From Lytechinus pictus (Eukaryota), in NCBI RefSeq assembly GCF_037042905.1, contig NC_087252.1, forward strand, positions 23,004,001-23,068,000: a DNA stretch of 64,000 nucleotides, written 5' to 3'. Made by a program: the position numbers and the translations under genes. Within the stretch, counting starts at the first letter, position 1. Each line of letters opens with the position of its first letter. Shown here one piece after another: positions 1 through 12,400 of the stretch. The notes beneath the pieces were generated by a model that was not told the origin of the DNA, did not search any database, and was given only the letters and a program-made list of their open reading frames with translations.

Positions 1-211
1 TCAAATTTTAATAGTTATATCTTATAATATGAGTTTTATAAGTTTTTTCATAAAGAATCTTGAAAAATAGATTAAATCTGTTCACGTTGATAAGAAATGT
101 GTCAATGGACATCCTTTGATCTGATATTTATTAAGTGCCCCTTTGAGAAAGTCACCATCTCGATTAAATTGGATTATATTATTTTTGAGCTATAGTCTTT
201 TCAGGCTTTAA

Positions 212-770
212 AGGATATGGTCCAGGCTGAAAATATTTATACCTAAATAAATAGAGCCTTTCACAAAGCACAATACTGAAAATCTCATCAAAATCGGATA
301 ACAAATAATAAATTAATGGAATTTCAAAGTTTATCAATATTTTTTTTAAACAGTCATATGCACATCGTCATGAACATTTATTAGGTGGGCTGATGATGTC
401 ACATCCCCACTTTCCTTTTGCTTATGTTATTACATCAAATCATAATTGTTTCATTTATTTCATACATGTGTAAATGATGTGTCTCCATTATGATGAAATA
501 GGTTGTGGCAATATGTAACTAATGCACTTAATCAGTTGTCAATCCAATTATTTTAGTTCTTGGTAGCTAGAACATTTTTTAATAAACCTAATTTCATATA
601 ATAAAATACATTGAAAGAGCAAGTGGGATATGACATCATCTGCCCACCTAATGAATATTCATGAAGACATGCCTATATAGAACTCAAGGTTTCACTGGAA
701 TAATGCACATCTTTAAAATTCAAGAACTTCTTTATTTGTTATCCGATTTTGATGAAATTTTCAGCATTTT
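212..770. mobile_element. 3'-truncated copy of a TTAA-target MITE (same family as 12218-12806)
   Basis: TTAA then AGGATATGGTCCAGGCTGAAAATAT; highly similar to 12218-12750; right terminus absent. Confidence 0.75.
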
Positions 771-1370
771 AATTGAATTAAGCTAATTGTCATTCAATGT
801 CCTATACCGAGGGAAAAGCCGGGGCCAATAAGAATTCCTTTCCTCCAACTTTTGCCCGCCCCCTCGCTATACGCACCTGTGTAACTTTAGGCCTACATTC
901 CCATCCCCGCCCCAAAAGTGAGGCATCGATCGTCCCATTCCCCACCCAATAAACCATGCACCCCTAGCCCTATCCCCCCCCCCCCCCCGCGATTTGGGGA
1001 TTTTCCCTGCCTTTCTAATTATGCCACGCACGGTATACGGTGTCGCGCGATTTCCTGGCCAGATTTGGTATGCTTTTGATCCCTTTTTGTTAAGCGTTAG
1101 TCTCGTATTTTTGAGTCAGTAATCGTTTTAAATACTGCACTGGTTGGCATGCCCACTGGTTCTGCAAGCTCGCTTTTACTGAGTTATTTCGTGCTTAAAA
1201 CTTGAGAAAAAAAAGGTGTTAACTGTCCTCGGTCAGCTGTACATTCACATTGAGTGACCGAAAACAGCACAAACCCAGTGTGATCCATCGCTGCAGCTGC
1301 GGCGGCGTCGCTGTGGTGTGTGCCGAGTTCTGCTAGCTGCGCCTAGATCTAGTCTTTGCTGGTCCACAGG

Positions 1371-1898
1371 TAACCCAGAGAGCTCCCGCCCGCGCAGCGG
1401 GCGGGAGCCCAGAAGCTCACAGTGTATTCTACCATTGCCACCGAACAAGGGTGATTTATGGTCTAAATATTTCTCCAAATGAATTGTGAAAACAAAAAGT
1501 GTACAATTACCACGATTATATGGATGAAGGTCTAGCGAGTGGCAGATTCCTGACATCTGAGCACAGTCTGGAACCTCAAAAAAACCAAAAGTTCTCTCCT
1601 TCTACCCAGTCTCGATCGGCCGTTTTGTTACGATTTTTAACAAAAATGGCCGATCGAGACGGGGTAGAAGCAGAGAACTTTTCGTTTTTTTGAGGTTCCA
1701 GACTGTGCTCAGATGTCAGGAATCTGCCACTCGCTAGACCTTCATCCATATAATCGTGGTAATTGTACACTTTTTGTTTTCACAATTCATTTGGAGAAAT
1801 ATTTAGACCATAAATCACCCTTGTCCGGTGGCAATGGTAGAATACACTGTGAGCTTCTGGGCTCCCGCCCGCTGCGCGGACGGGAGCTCTCTGGGTTA
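1371..1898. mobile_element. 528-bp foldback (near-perfect palindrome) DNA element with 9-bp TSD, Mutator-like
   Basis: TAACCCAGAGAG...CTCTCTGGGTTA; direct repeat GTCCACAGG at 1362-1370 and 1899-1907. Confidence 0.85.
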
Positions 1899-2233
1899 GT
1901 CCACAGGTTGTGTTAAAGAGGATTTTTAGTTGGTAATGTAATTATTACAGGAGTGAGGAAGGAATGGCAAAATAAAATTAAGAGAAGTGCAAGAGAGAGA
2001 TTGGTACAAAGAGACAGGGGGGGGGGGGTGTAGACTAGAGTATAAGTTTAAAATCCATTGGCATTGATCTTTCTTGGAGGAGTTGTATAATGCTAGGTTT
2101 TTTTATCCTAGTGAAGCAAGACATAGTCCAGTGGAACAGTCCACGAGGCAGAGACTGAAGCTTATTTGGTCTATGTGACAGTGCAGTGTACCTTTTATAA
2201 CCCTTCTACTTAGTCTAGACTTAGGCCTCTAAG

Positions 2234-2788
2234 CCCGGGGGGGGGGGGGGGGGGGGCACTCGACCAAAAAAGTGGTAGGGGTGTGCCGCGGGCGAGGCAA
2301 AAAACGGGGGGCCTTGGAGCGGGCTTATTGTAAAAAGGAGGGTCCTCGGAACGGGCTTCGGAACTACAAATGTTTGTGAAAACGGGGGTCCTCGGAACGG
2401 ATCTCCGTATCTCTGTGAGTGCGTATGCATCCCTATGGAACGGGCAATCGTGCATGACGCAGCTAGCGCGGCCTCCGACGGGTGCGCTCGCGCTTAGGCG
2501 ATGGTCGAAAAGCGCTCTACGGCCGCTTTTCACCAAAATTGTAGCAGATCAATGCGACCGGAACGGCGTAACGAAAAATAAGCGAAGCTTTGGAGCGGAT
2601 TTCTTTCTTCTTTTTTTTCTCGATAAGAAGGAAATGCTATGCCTTGGAGCGGCTTTCTTTGTTCTTTTTCTCAATAAGACAAAAATGCTATGCATTGGAA
2701 CGGAAATTTGAGTGTAAAAATGGGGGTCCCCTCCGCGGCACATACCCACTATGCATTATATACTGAGTGCCCCCCCCCCCCCCCCGGG
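2234..2788. mobile_element. Non-autonomous DNA element with CCCGGG-polyG / polyC-CCCGGG TIRs and 8-bp TSD
   Basis: CCTCTAAG at 2226-2233 and 2789-2796; TIR CCC(G)nCACTC / GAGTG(C)nGGG; repeated internal CGGAACGG motifs. Confidence 0.8.
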
Positions 2789-3150
2789 CCTCTAAGACTA
2801 AGTTATCATGCCTATAACATAACACTAAACAGTTAGGCCTATAGACAGTGTTAGCATCTGCGCTCACCTGCATTCTTTTACCAAAGCCGACTCCTTCATT
2901 TTGTTTCATTTTATAAAAAAAGGGAAATTTCATTATTTTTTTTTAGTTAGGAGAGAAAATGGTGACTTGAAAATAAAATCCGAGCAGCCAATTTGAAAAA
3001 TTAATTTCCTTGTCAATTTTGTTTAAGAAATTGGTCAGTCAGCCATTTTGAAAGAAAAAAAAGGGCATCCCTTTTTTTTTAAATGGCAGGATGCTAAAGA
3101 TTTTTATTTTTTTACTTTGCCTAACACATTTATTTTGTTTGTCTTTACAG

Positions 3151-3498
3151 TAAACATCACTCTTGTTCAAGGGACACCGATGCTCGTCCAGAACCCGTCA
3201 TATCCCAACCCGTACCCTGCTCTTGAGAACCGTTACTGGGCTATCACCACCGAGGACCCTGACCTCATCATCGGATACACTTTCATCGATATCGAACTGA
3301 GACTAGGAGCCGTCTTGAACTTTGAAAACGGAACGGATGTGAGTCACCCTGTGAACGATTTGGCGAGTTATAATTACCGCTTCCAACCAGAAGGTGTCTT
3401 TGCTCTACAAACCAATGCGGCGTTTATGTTCTTCTATCCCGGACCGTACCCGGGAGGGCGTGGCTTCCAAATTGAACTCAATGCTATTGAACCGTCCA
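3151..3498 (+). CDS. Exon 1 (in window): CUB-like domain 1
   Basis: tacag|TAAACATC...TCCA|gtaagt, 348 nt, phase 1-1; [22 protein letters not shown]...GRGFQIEL. Confidence 0.85.
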
Positions 3499-6400
3499 GT
3501 AAGTATTGTTGGTCTAGTAGTTAAAGGAGAATGAAACTCTTGGAGCAAGTTAGCTTTTGTGAAAGCAGAAAAATCAAAGAATAAGATCAACAAAAGTTTG
3601 AGTAAAATAGGACTAGCAATAGAAGAGTTATGACCATTTGAATGTCGAGATCACTAATGCTATGGAGATCCTCCCATTGGCAATGCGACCAAGATCTATG
3701 ATGTCACAGATGAACAACTCTCCCCTTTTGGACACTGAAAATATACCCCAAAACATCTCTTTTTGCTCATTCTAATCATATGACAAACGATTCATCAATG
3801 ATATAATGTTGTAAAACCTCTGTACTTGTCCTCTCAGAAAGAGAACACCTCACCTTGTGATAGACTCTATAAAAGTGAGAATATAAGTGAATAAGTACTA
3901 AAGTAATGAGGGAGTTGTATGTGCACGTGACTGTGACATCACAGATCTTGGTCGCATTGCCAATGGGAGGATCTACATGGCATTAGTGATCTCAATATTC
4001 AAATGCTCATAACTTTCTTATTATTCATTCAATCTTCCTCAAACTTTCAACAATATGTTTCTTTGATTTTTCTCTTTGATATGGATTCAGCTGGTGTCAA
4101 GGGTTTCATTCTCCTTTAATGTTCTTGTACATGCCATGGCCTGTGCTCTAGTAGAATGTAACTTGGCTATGCTTTGATAAACCTGGGCTCCGTAGCACAA
4201 AGTTTAGCGATTAATCGTCCACTTGATTTTTATGCTTGATTGTACATTGCAGTCAATGCAATCAATCGTAAAAAAATGTTCCACGATCATTGCTAAGCTT
4301 TGTTTCATGGGCCCCGGATCTTAAATTATTAGAAGCTGATATTGTCAAAGTTTTATTTACAATCTATCTTATATGCTTATTTTGTTCTCTCCCCATTCTT
4401 TAGTTGTGAAGAAACTTATTTGAATTTGCTAAATTCCCACACAGTTCTGGATGATTTGAGTTTCAGACGAGCTTCAATCATTCTCATACGTCTGGGTTTT
4501 TTGTAAACAAAAGTTCTTTGAACTTGATATTGGTAAAGAAAACCTGAACTGGGAGACGTTTGCGTCATAATTGGTTCTCTGTTAACCACAACGTAAGACC
4601 AAAGTATAAACCCAAGTGGAGAATATGGGCCCATGTATTCAATTCTGAATTTTATTCAGTAACCTTATGAATCCATTTGATTAATTTGACTTCAATTTTC
4701 CTGAATGTTTACCACAACTACCTTCTTCAAAAGCAGTTGAAAAGGTAAATAACTTGGCTAACTGGTGCATACAGAGTGAGGTAAAATAAGAATAAAATAA
4801 TTGGGAAATGAACCAACCTGTAGAAAGTTTAAAAAAACTTCTAAATGTCAGGTGTCCAAACAGCAAGCTAGATACAGATATAAATCTTGAATATAATTTT
4901 TGTACAGGGATACTTGAAATATGTTTTGTTATTTGTATGTCAAAATGTACAAAACAAACTGGAATTGTTGAAAATGGAAATAAACGAAATGAAATAAATG
5001 ACACATTAACTGTCCATATATATCTGAATGTGTATTTACACTTGATTCCTTCAATAGCTTTCACACCAGCACCATGCGTAGATGGACAATTCCAATGCGC
5101 CAGCGATGGAGAGTGTATTCCCAGCTACTGGCAGTGTGATTATATTGTTGATTGCGCAGATGAAACAGACGAGGATGTCCAGGTTTGCGCCAATCTGCCG
5201 GCTCCAGGTATGTATGGTGATGATGATGAGGAGAAGAATGGTGCTGGTGGTGGTGGTGGTTTTGAAGATGATGATGTCAACTGTGTATATAGGTGTTGTA
5301 CTAACTGATTATGATGGAAATGATAACCTTGTAAATGATAGTGATAATCATGATCATGATAGTGGTGTTGGTGCTCTTGATTGTGATGGTGATGATGATG
5401 GTGATGATGATGATGATTATGATTAATGATGATGATGGTGAGGATGATGATGATGATGGTGGTGTTGATGCTTTTGATTGTGATGATGATGGTGATGATG
5501 ATGATTATGATTAATGATGATGATGATGGTGATGATGATGGCAGTGATGGTGATGATGAGGATGATGGTGATGATGATCATGATGATCATGATGATGATT
5601 TTGATGATGATGATGACAGTAATGATGATGAGGATGATTGATGATGATGATGATGGCGATGATGATGACGATAATGATGATGATTATGATGATGATAATG
5701 ACGGCAATGATCATGATTATAATTGGTGATGATAATGATAGTGATGATGATGGCAATGAAGGTGATGATGGTTATGATGATGATGACGGTAATGATGATG
5801 ATTGATGATGATGATGGCAATGATGGTCATGATGGTTATGATGATGATGATGATGATGATGATGATTATGATGATGATGATGATGATGATGATGATAATG
5901 ATGACGGTAGGGGGGAGGGAGGGGAGAGAAGAAAGAAAGAAGTGGATTGGTAAAGAGAATCTGGAGAGCGATCATAAAGGGATCTGAACACAACATACCC
6001 TAATTTATTTTGGTGTTTGGGGGCGATTCCACTCTAGAACTTCAAAAATATCATAAATTTCAACATGCTTTCAATAAGTCATAAGTAGTGTAATATTTTA
6101 CTATGATACCTAAATTTTATGAAAATTATGAGTTTTAACCAAAAGTGAAGTCAGATATAGCTTTTTTGGGGGGAACAATGGAATTTTCAATTTTCAATAA
6201 TTTTGCTAATTAAATAGTCAAGTACAAACACTGCCTGAAACAATTATTGGCAAAGCACGAGAAGATTGAAAATATTGCAGGTCAATGGAATAATGTATCA
6301 TTGATGGTTCCAAATAATATCTACAACATTTTCATGATCCATAATAGGGGCAGCCCTGATTTTTCCGAACCTATTTTTGGCAATGTCCCGTACGACACAT

Positions 6401-9400
6401 GAAAATGTAAAAGTTTTTCCTACAATTTTATTTTTGATGATGCAATTTCACAATATCAGTTTCTCTTTCTTTGACCCATGGGTGATCGATTTATCCCATA
6501 AGGATCTAATTACTGCCCTTCATTTTTCAATAATTGTCCTATTAAAAGTTGTCCCGTACGACACACACTGTGTCGTACAGGACATGTCCCGGGACGTGTC
6601 CCGTACGACACACAACATATAATGCATTTAATTGCAGGATTTGGATTCAGAAACTATAAATAGTAGGCCTATTTTAATTCAAGTCATTGATTTGACATAA
6701 AGTGAACTTAAAAAACACTTTTTTATCTCCATAGAACATGAAATAGGTGATTCTAACCATTTTAATTGATTGCATGTAGGCGTATTCCTTTGTGAATCCC
6801 TTCAGCTAAACTGGTGATTTTCACTGGTCAGAGCAGGTTAATTCCTTTGTCATTGAGCATGAAAAGAAAATTGATTCACCCTAGCCTATCTATTTGGACT
6901 TCCCTTGATGATCACTAATTTTTTTATATACAGTATTGAAACTCCTTACTTTTTTCAAGTTGTAAAAAAAAATCTGGAAAATAAGACAAACCATATGGTT
7001 TCATGAATTGCAGAAAGGTTTGAAAAAGTAGAACCGCATTTCTTTATAAAAATATTTTGTGGAATTACAAGTGACAGTTGTGACATATATCACGTAGATA
7101 TACATTTTATATGAAAAATGATTACATTTTAGCCCCATAATTTACACAAACAGTTTCATTCATTCATTGTTTAAAAAGTGTATTGGAAATCATCAATTAA
7201 TTCACTAAAATATAACTTCACACAAAACCTCAAGTTTTTCTGCTCGTAAACATGCTGTGAATGAACCATTGTACATTTCCCATCATGAAAAAAAATGATA
7301 ACATTTTGCTCCCGATTGTATATATTGAGGTTCCTTAATTATATTGTCCTGAATGACTACTTATTAAAAGACTTTTCATTAAAAAGGAAGAATTTAGGGG
7401 CAATGCTCCCCTTCTGATTGATAAAAAGTTCATTGTTTTATTCAGGCTGCCCAGTACAACATGCAAGTGCCTGTACAACACACAAGTGTCCCGTACGACA
7501 CACAAGTGTTCCGTACGACACACAAGTGTCCCGTACGACACATTATTTTGTTTATGATATATTGACAGAAATATTCAGCCAATAGCAGTTCCTAACATAA
7601 TGAATGTCTTTAGTTTGATAGGATTATCATTATCATCAGCCAAATAAAATGATTGAAGAAGTCACAGAGACATAAAGTAAGAATGTTTGGCTTCAATTTA
7701 GAGATGTCCCGTACGACACACTTTGAGTGTCCTGTATGCCACAATGTTCTTAAAAATTGTAATTTGCTTTATTTATTCATGAATGTTTATTTTGCTTTCT
7801 TTCATAGATGTGTTTGTTCTTGGGTAATTGAATATCAATTTGAGTTCAGTTTCTATGAAAATTATCAGTCCAACTCACAGACTTTAGAGTACAAACTTGA
7901 GGTTTCTAAAAAAGCCACTTTTTCTGCGTCCGTACAACACATTACTATTTTAGATCTGTATTATACAGGATGTGAATTAAAGTCATGTTAAGTCTTGGTT
8001 TTTCTAACACTCTGGTAGTACTTGATGATCACATTTAGTTACTGGAATTCTTTTTTTTTCTTGTAAAAAAACTGTCAAATGTTCTCTAAATGTCCCGTAC
8101 GACACGTATGGAATCACCCTAATGATGATGATTATGATTGACTGATGATGATGATGTTGATGGCAATGATGATGATGATGAAGGTGATACAGATGTCGTT
8201 GATGATGATAGTGATTAGGCTAATGTAATGATGTTGGGGATGAGAAGGACAATCATTGGTGATGGTGATCATAACCATTTGTATGATGGACAAGGTACTT
8301 ATAATAAGAATGATGTTGATAATATTGATGATAATCATTTATGAAATGGAGACGTTAAAGAGACAAAATACGAAACTGTATTATTATTTCCCTTTCTCAG
8401 GAGAGTGTGTGGAAGGCAACCACCAGTACCAATGTGATGACGGTTCATGCATCCACAATTCCTGGAAATGTGATTGGTATGAAGATTGCCCCGGAGGAGA
8501 GGATGAGTTATACTGTGAGTTCTTTTAAAGTTTATTTCTCTCCCGTCATGGGTGATGATAATCTTCACCTTCTAAGTTCTCTGCACAAGTAGAAGTTGCG
8601 TCGTGTGGTAGAAGGAATCCATAAATATTATGATTCATCCCGTAATCTCGAATATATTATATATAAGTTTATCAGTTATGAATCTTGTACGGGAAGTGGT
8701 AAAAATTGTGTGGTTAAAGGACAAGTCCACCCCGATAAAAAGTTGATTTGAATTAAAGGAGAAAAATCCAACAAACATAACACTGAAAATTTCATCAAAA
8801 TCGGATGTAAAATAAGAAAGTTATGACATTTTAAAGTTTCGCTTTATTTCACAAAACAGTTATATGCACATCCTGGTCGGTATGCAAATGAAGAGACTGA
8901 TGACATCACCCACTCACTATTTCTTTTGTATTTTATATATGAAATATTCTAATTTTCCAATCATTGTCAAGTGAAACAATGATTAACTCATCCCTGAATA
9001 TTTCGAATTAGCATTATTTAATAATATATGGTTCAGTCAAGTTGGTCCCTATTGTCAAATCTGTAAAAAATGAAATATTGTATAATTCAAACAATAAAAA
9101 ACAAAAGAAATAGTGAGTGATGGACATCATCGACCGACTCATCTGCATGTCACTGAGTTGTGCATATCACTGTTTTGTGAAAAATAAGGGAAACTTTAAA
9201 ATGCCATAATTTTCTTATTCTACATCCGATTTTGATGAAATTTTCAGCATTCTGCTAGTTTGATTTTTCTCCATTTATTCAAATCAACATTTTTCTGGGG
9301 TGGACTTGACCTTTAAAGGATTCACAGGATGGATTTCTGACATGAAGGCTGCATTGATGGCCCCCATATGATATGATAATATAAATGAGGATGATGATAT

Positions 9401-12400
9401 TCATGATAATGGTGTTGATGATGATGATGATGTTGATGTTGATAATGATGATGATGATCATCATCATATTGATGATGATGTTCATCGTTTATTTCTCCTG
9501 TGTCAATTCCAAAGAATTATTTCACTACCCTAGGCCCTGAATCAAAGGCTTACTTAATGGATAATACCATTGATTTAAATGACTGATTGCCCACAAAAAA
9601 ATGCAAATATATTCATGAAAATCATTGATAACAGTTATGTGTAACAGGGCCCAAATTCCTTCTCTTTCAGGCGACTGTGACCAAAGTAATTCATTTCAAT
9701 GTGTACCCACCGACAGGTGCATTCCAGACTTTTGGGTCTGTAACTGGTTCTTTGACTGTGAAAACGGAGCAGATGAAACAGTATGTGGAGGGCCAGACTC
9801 TACAGGTATGTATAGGATTGGTAAACTGCCAATTAGTCCACATCCTCATTGTTTCCATTCCATTTGGTAGCGCACGACACTGGCAATGGTCCGACGGTCC
9901 CAGACCAGTAAAAACTGCCGACGGGCCAGTAACTTTGAAAGACATAGCCAGATTTACTGGTCCGATACGACCAGTAAAAAATATATTAAACTGATACAAA
10001 TGATATTTTCTCCTCTTTTGTAAATTATATAAATGGCTCTGGCATCTAGAAAAAATGGCTCCCCAAAATTGAGAAATAGTTCTCATGAATTACATGTATG
10101 TGTGTGTACTGTTTGTTTGCGTGCTTTTATTTTGGGGATGGGGCAATAAAATCAATAAAAGAAAGCAAATTAACTTAAGTCTATTTTTATGTTTTTCTTT
10201 ATTTTGGGGGACCAGTAAATTTCAGGTTTGGACCTGTAAGATGTGAAAAAAACTGGGTATCTACTGGTCCCAATGAACAGTTTGGACCAGTAGAAAAAAA
10301 GAGTTAGTGTGGACTGTGGAGCCCTGCATTTGGTCGAATTGCCATTTATCAATATCATTTTTTTTCCAAATTCCAGTTAGGCTTTACCCCTTTCGTCTAA
10401 TATCTAGTTTGTTGAACACCTTTTAGTCTATATGGTTAAGCCTAGCTTTAATAGCAGGGTGATGTAAGATTGCTTTGAGCACCTAACTGGATATGTGTAC
10501 TGACTGTTTCAATAGTTCCATGATATTTGCTCTGGCAACAATTGCTCTGCTGTAAATTCTACACCATGGCTCGACATGAGCAGTGGCTCGGGCAACCAAA
10601 AATGAGAATTGGGCCACCAAAATTCTTTAAAAGCCAACACTTGGTGGCCCGGTTTGGCTACCAAAGTTTTGATAAATTGTAATGTTTTCTATTGTTTCAG
10701 GCCACTAAATTTGCTTTGCGGGCCACCAAAATTGTAAAACTGGTGATTTTGGTGGACCGATCGGGCCACCGAGCAATAATGTTAGTGTGTAGCCTTGTCT
10801 ACACACTAATTGAATGACAAACTTCAACCCTAGGTTTAACACTATAGCCTACACTAAACCTAAGATAAAACCCTATTGCAACCCTAACCATACATCTTAG
10901 AGGAAACAAAGCCCTGAGCAGTTTTTGCCGGAGCAAATGTTGCATCACCATATCAATACCCTTTATTATCATTGTTTACGTACAGATGCAAGGTTTTTAA
11001 GCCCTGGGGAGTCTTTTAACTTTACTTCGCCCAACTATCCAAATGAATACGGTGCCAATGTGTACTATCTTTACACCTTCGAGACCAGTCAAAGCTATCA
11101 AATTCAGGTAAGAGTTCAAGTTATTATAGAGATCCATTGGCTCAGTTTTTTTTTTAAAGGGTTAAAATCCCCTCCGGAGGGGGGGGGACGCTCATCAACA
11201 TTTGCCATCTGAATACCTCTCAGATTGTAAAATTATGATATTGGCTGCCAAAATGTCCTTGTTTTTGATTTGGTGATTGATCCGTGGCATGTTTAATATA
11301 ATAATAACACTCAATATTTATAACATGCTTTTCCCACATTGCCCAAAGCGCTCACAATTTCAGTTAAACTTATTTATGCAAACAAAAAATCAGAGTGACA
11401 TCAAATGAAGACAGTCGCCTAGAACAAAACAGTTTTAAGCTAGGGACTTCTTAAATGACTCAATTGTTGGGGATTGTCTTATTGTGAGAGGGAGTTTGTT
11501 CCATTCCATTGAGGATGCAACGGTGAATGTTCTATCTCCGGTCTGTTTTCGTTTAGTTGGATATGTTAATTTAAGTGGGTGTTCAGAGGATCTAGTTCTT
11601 ATTAATATTGTGTATATCGAGAAAAAAAATGCACCCATGACGAAAAAAAATTGTGCAGACACTTCAAGGTAGCTGTGACTGAAAAGTCATGATTGAATTT
11701 CTCTGCTCGGGACAATAATTTATGGAATAATGGCCTTATGGCAAAATGTATCTTGGAATAAATTGGAATGGTGATTCCAGTCATTTTTACCTTTTGTCTT
11801 TTTGAACGACTGTATGATTATTTTCTGTTGCAGTTTTTCAGGGTTTCCTCTTTACCACGTGCATGCATGTATCAGAGACACAATCAACAATGAGCACCTT
11901 ATGGCTCTTTTTGTTATAAAGTTAAACCAATATTAGCCACAGCTTACAACCTATTTGGATTCTGCATACAGATCGATGTCTATCAATTTTCCACTGCCCT
12001 CGGAGGGTTCACAACTATTGGCGATGGGCTCGATCCAACCAATCACAACTCTGCTCTTGCCTATCTGAACCACTATACCCAAGTCCCAACCTCTTCAACA
12101 ATAAGAGTTACGTCGACTTCGTATACACTCTGGCTGGAGATTCACGGAGGCCCGTATGGATTTGATGTGTTGTATGCATCGGCAACCTCGATACCGCTTA
12201 GTAAGTAATTGTTTTAAAAGGATGGTCCGGGCTGAAAATATTCATATCTATATAAATAGAGTAAAATTCCCAGAGCAAAATGCTGAAAATTTTTCCAAAT
12301 CGGATAACAAATAATGAAGTTATTGAATTTTAAAGTTTATCAATATTTTGTGAAAACAGTCGTATGCACATCGTCATGAATATTCATTAGGTGGGCTGAT

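Noticed and set aside
1245..1916. Mirror-image ORF pairs (MYNYHDY..., MSGICHS...)
   Set aside because: They result from the palindromic foldback element; no coding signature.
7487..7541. Regularly spaced CCCGTACGACAC motifs and the 61.4-kb array as possible CRISPR-like arrays
   Set aside because: Eukaryotic intronic or UTR context, no unique spacers and no cas genes.
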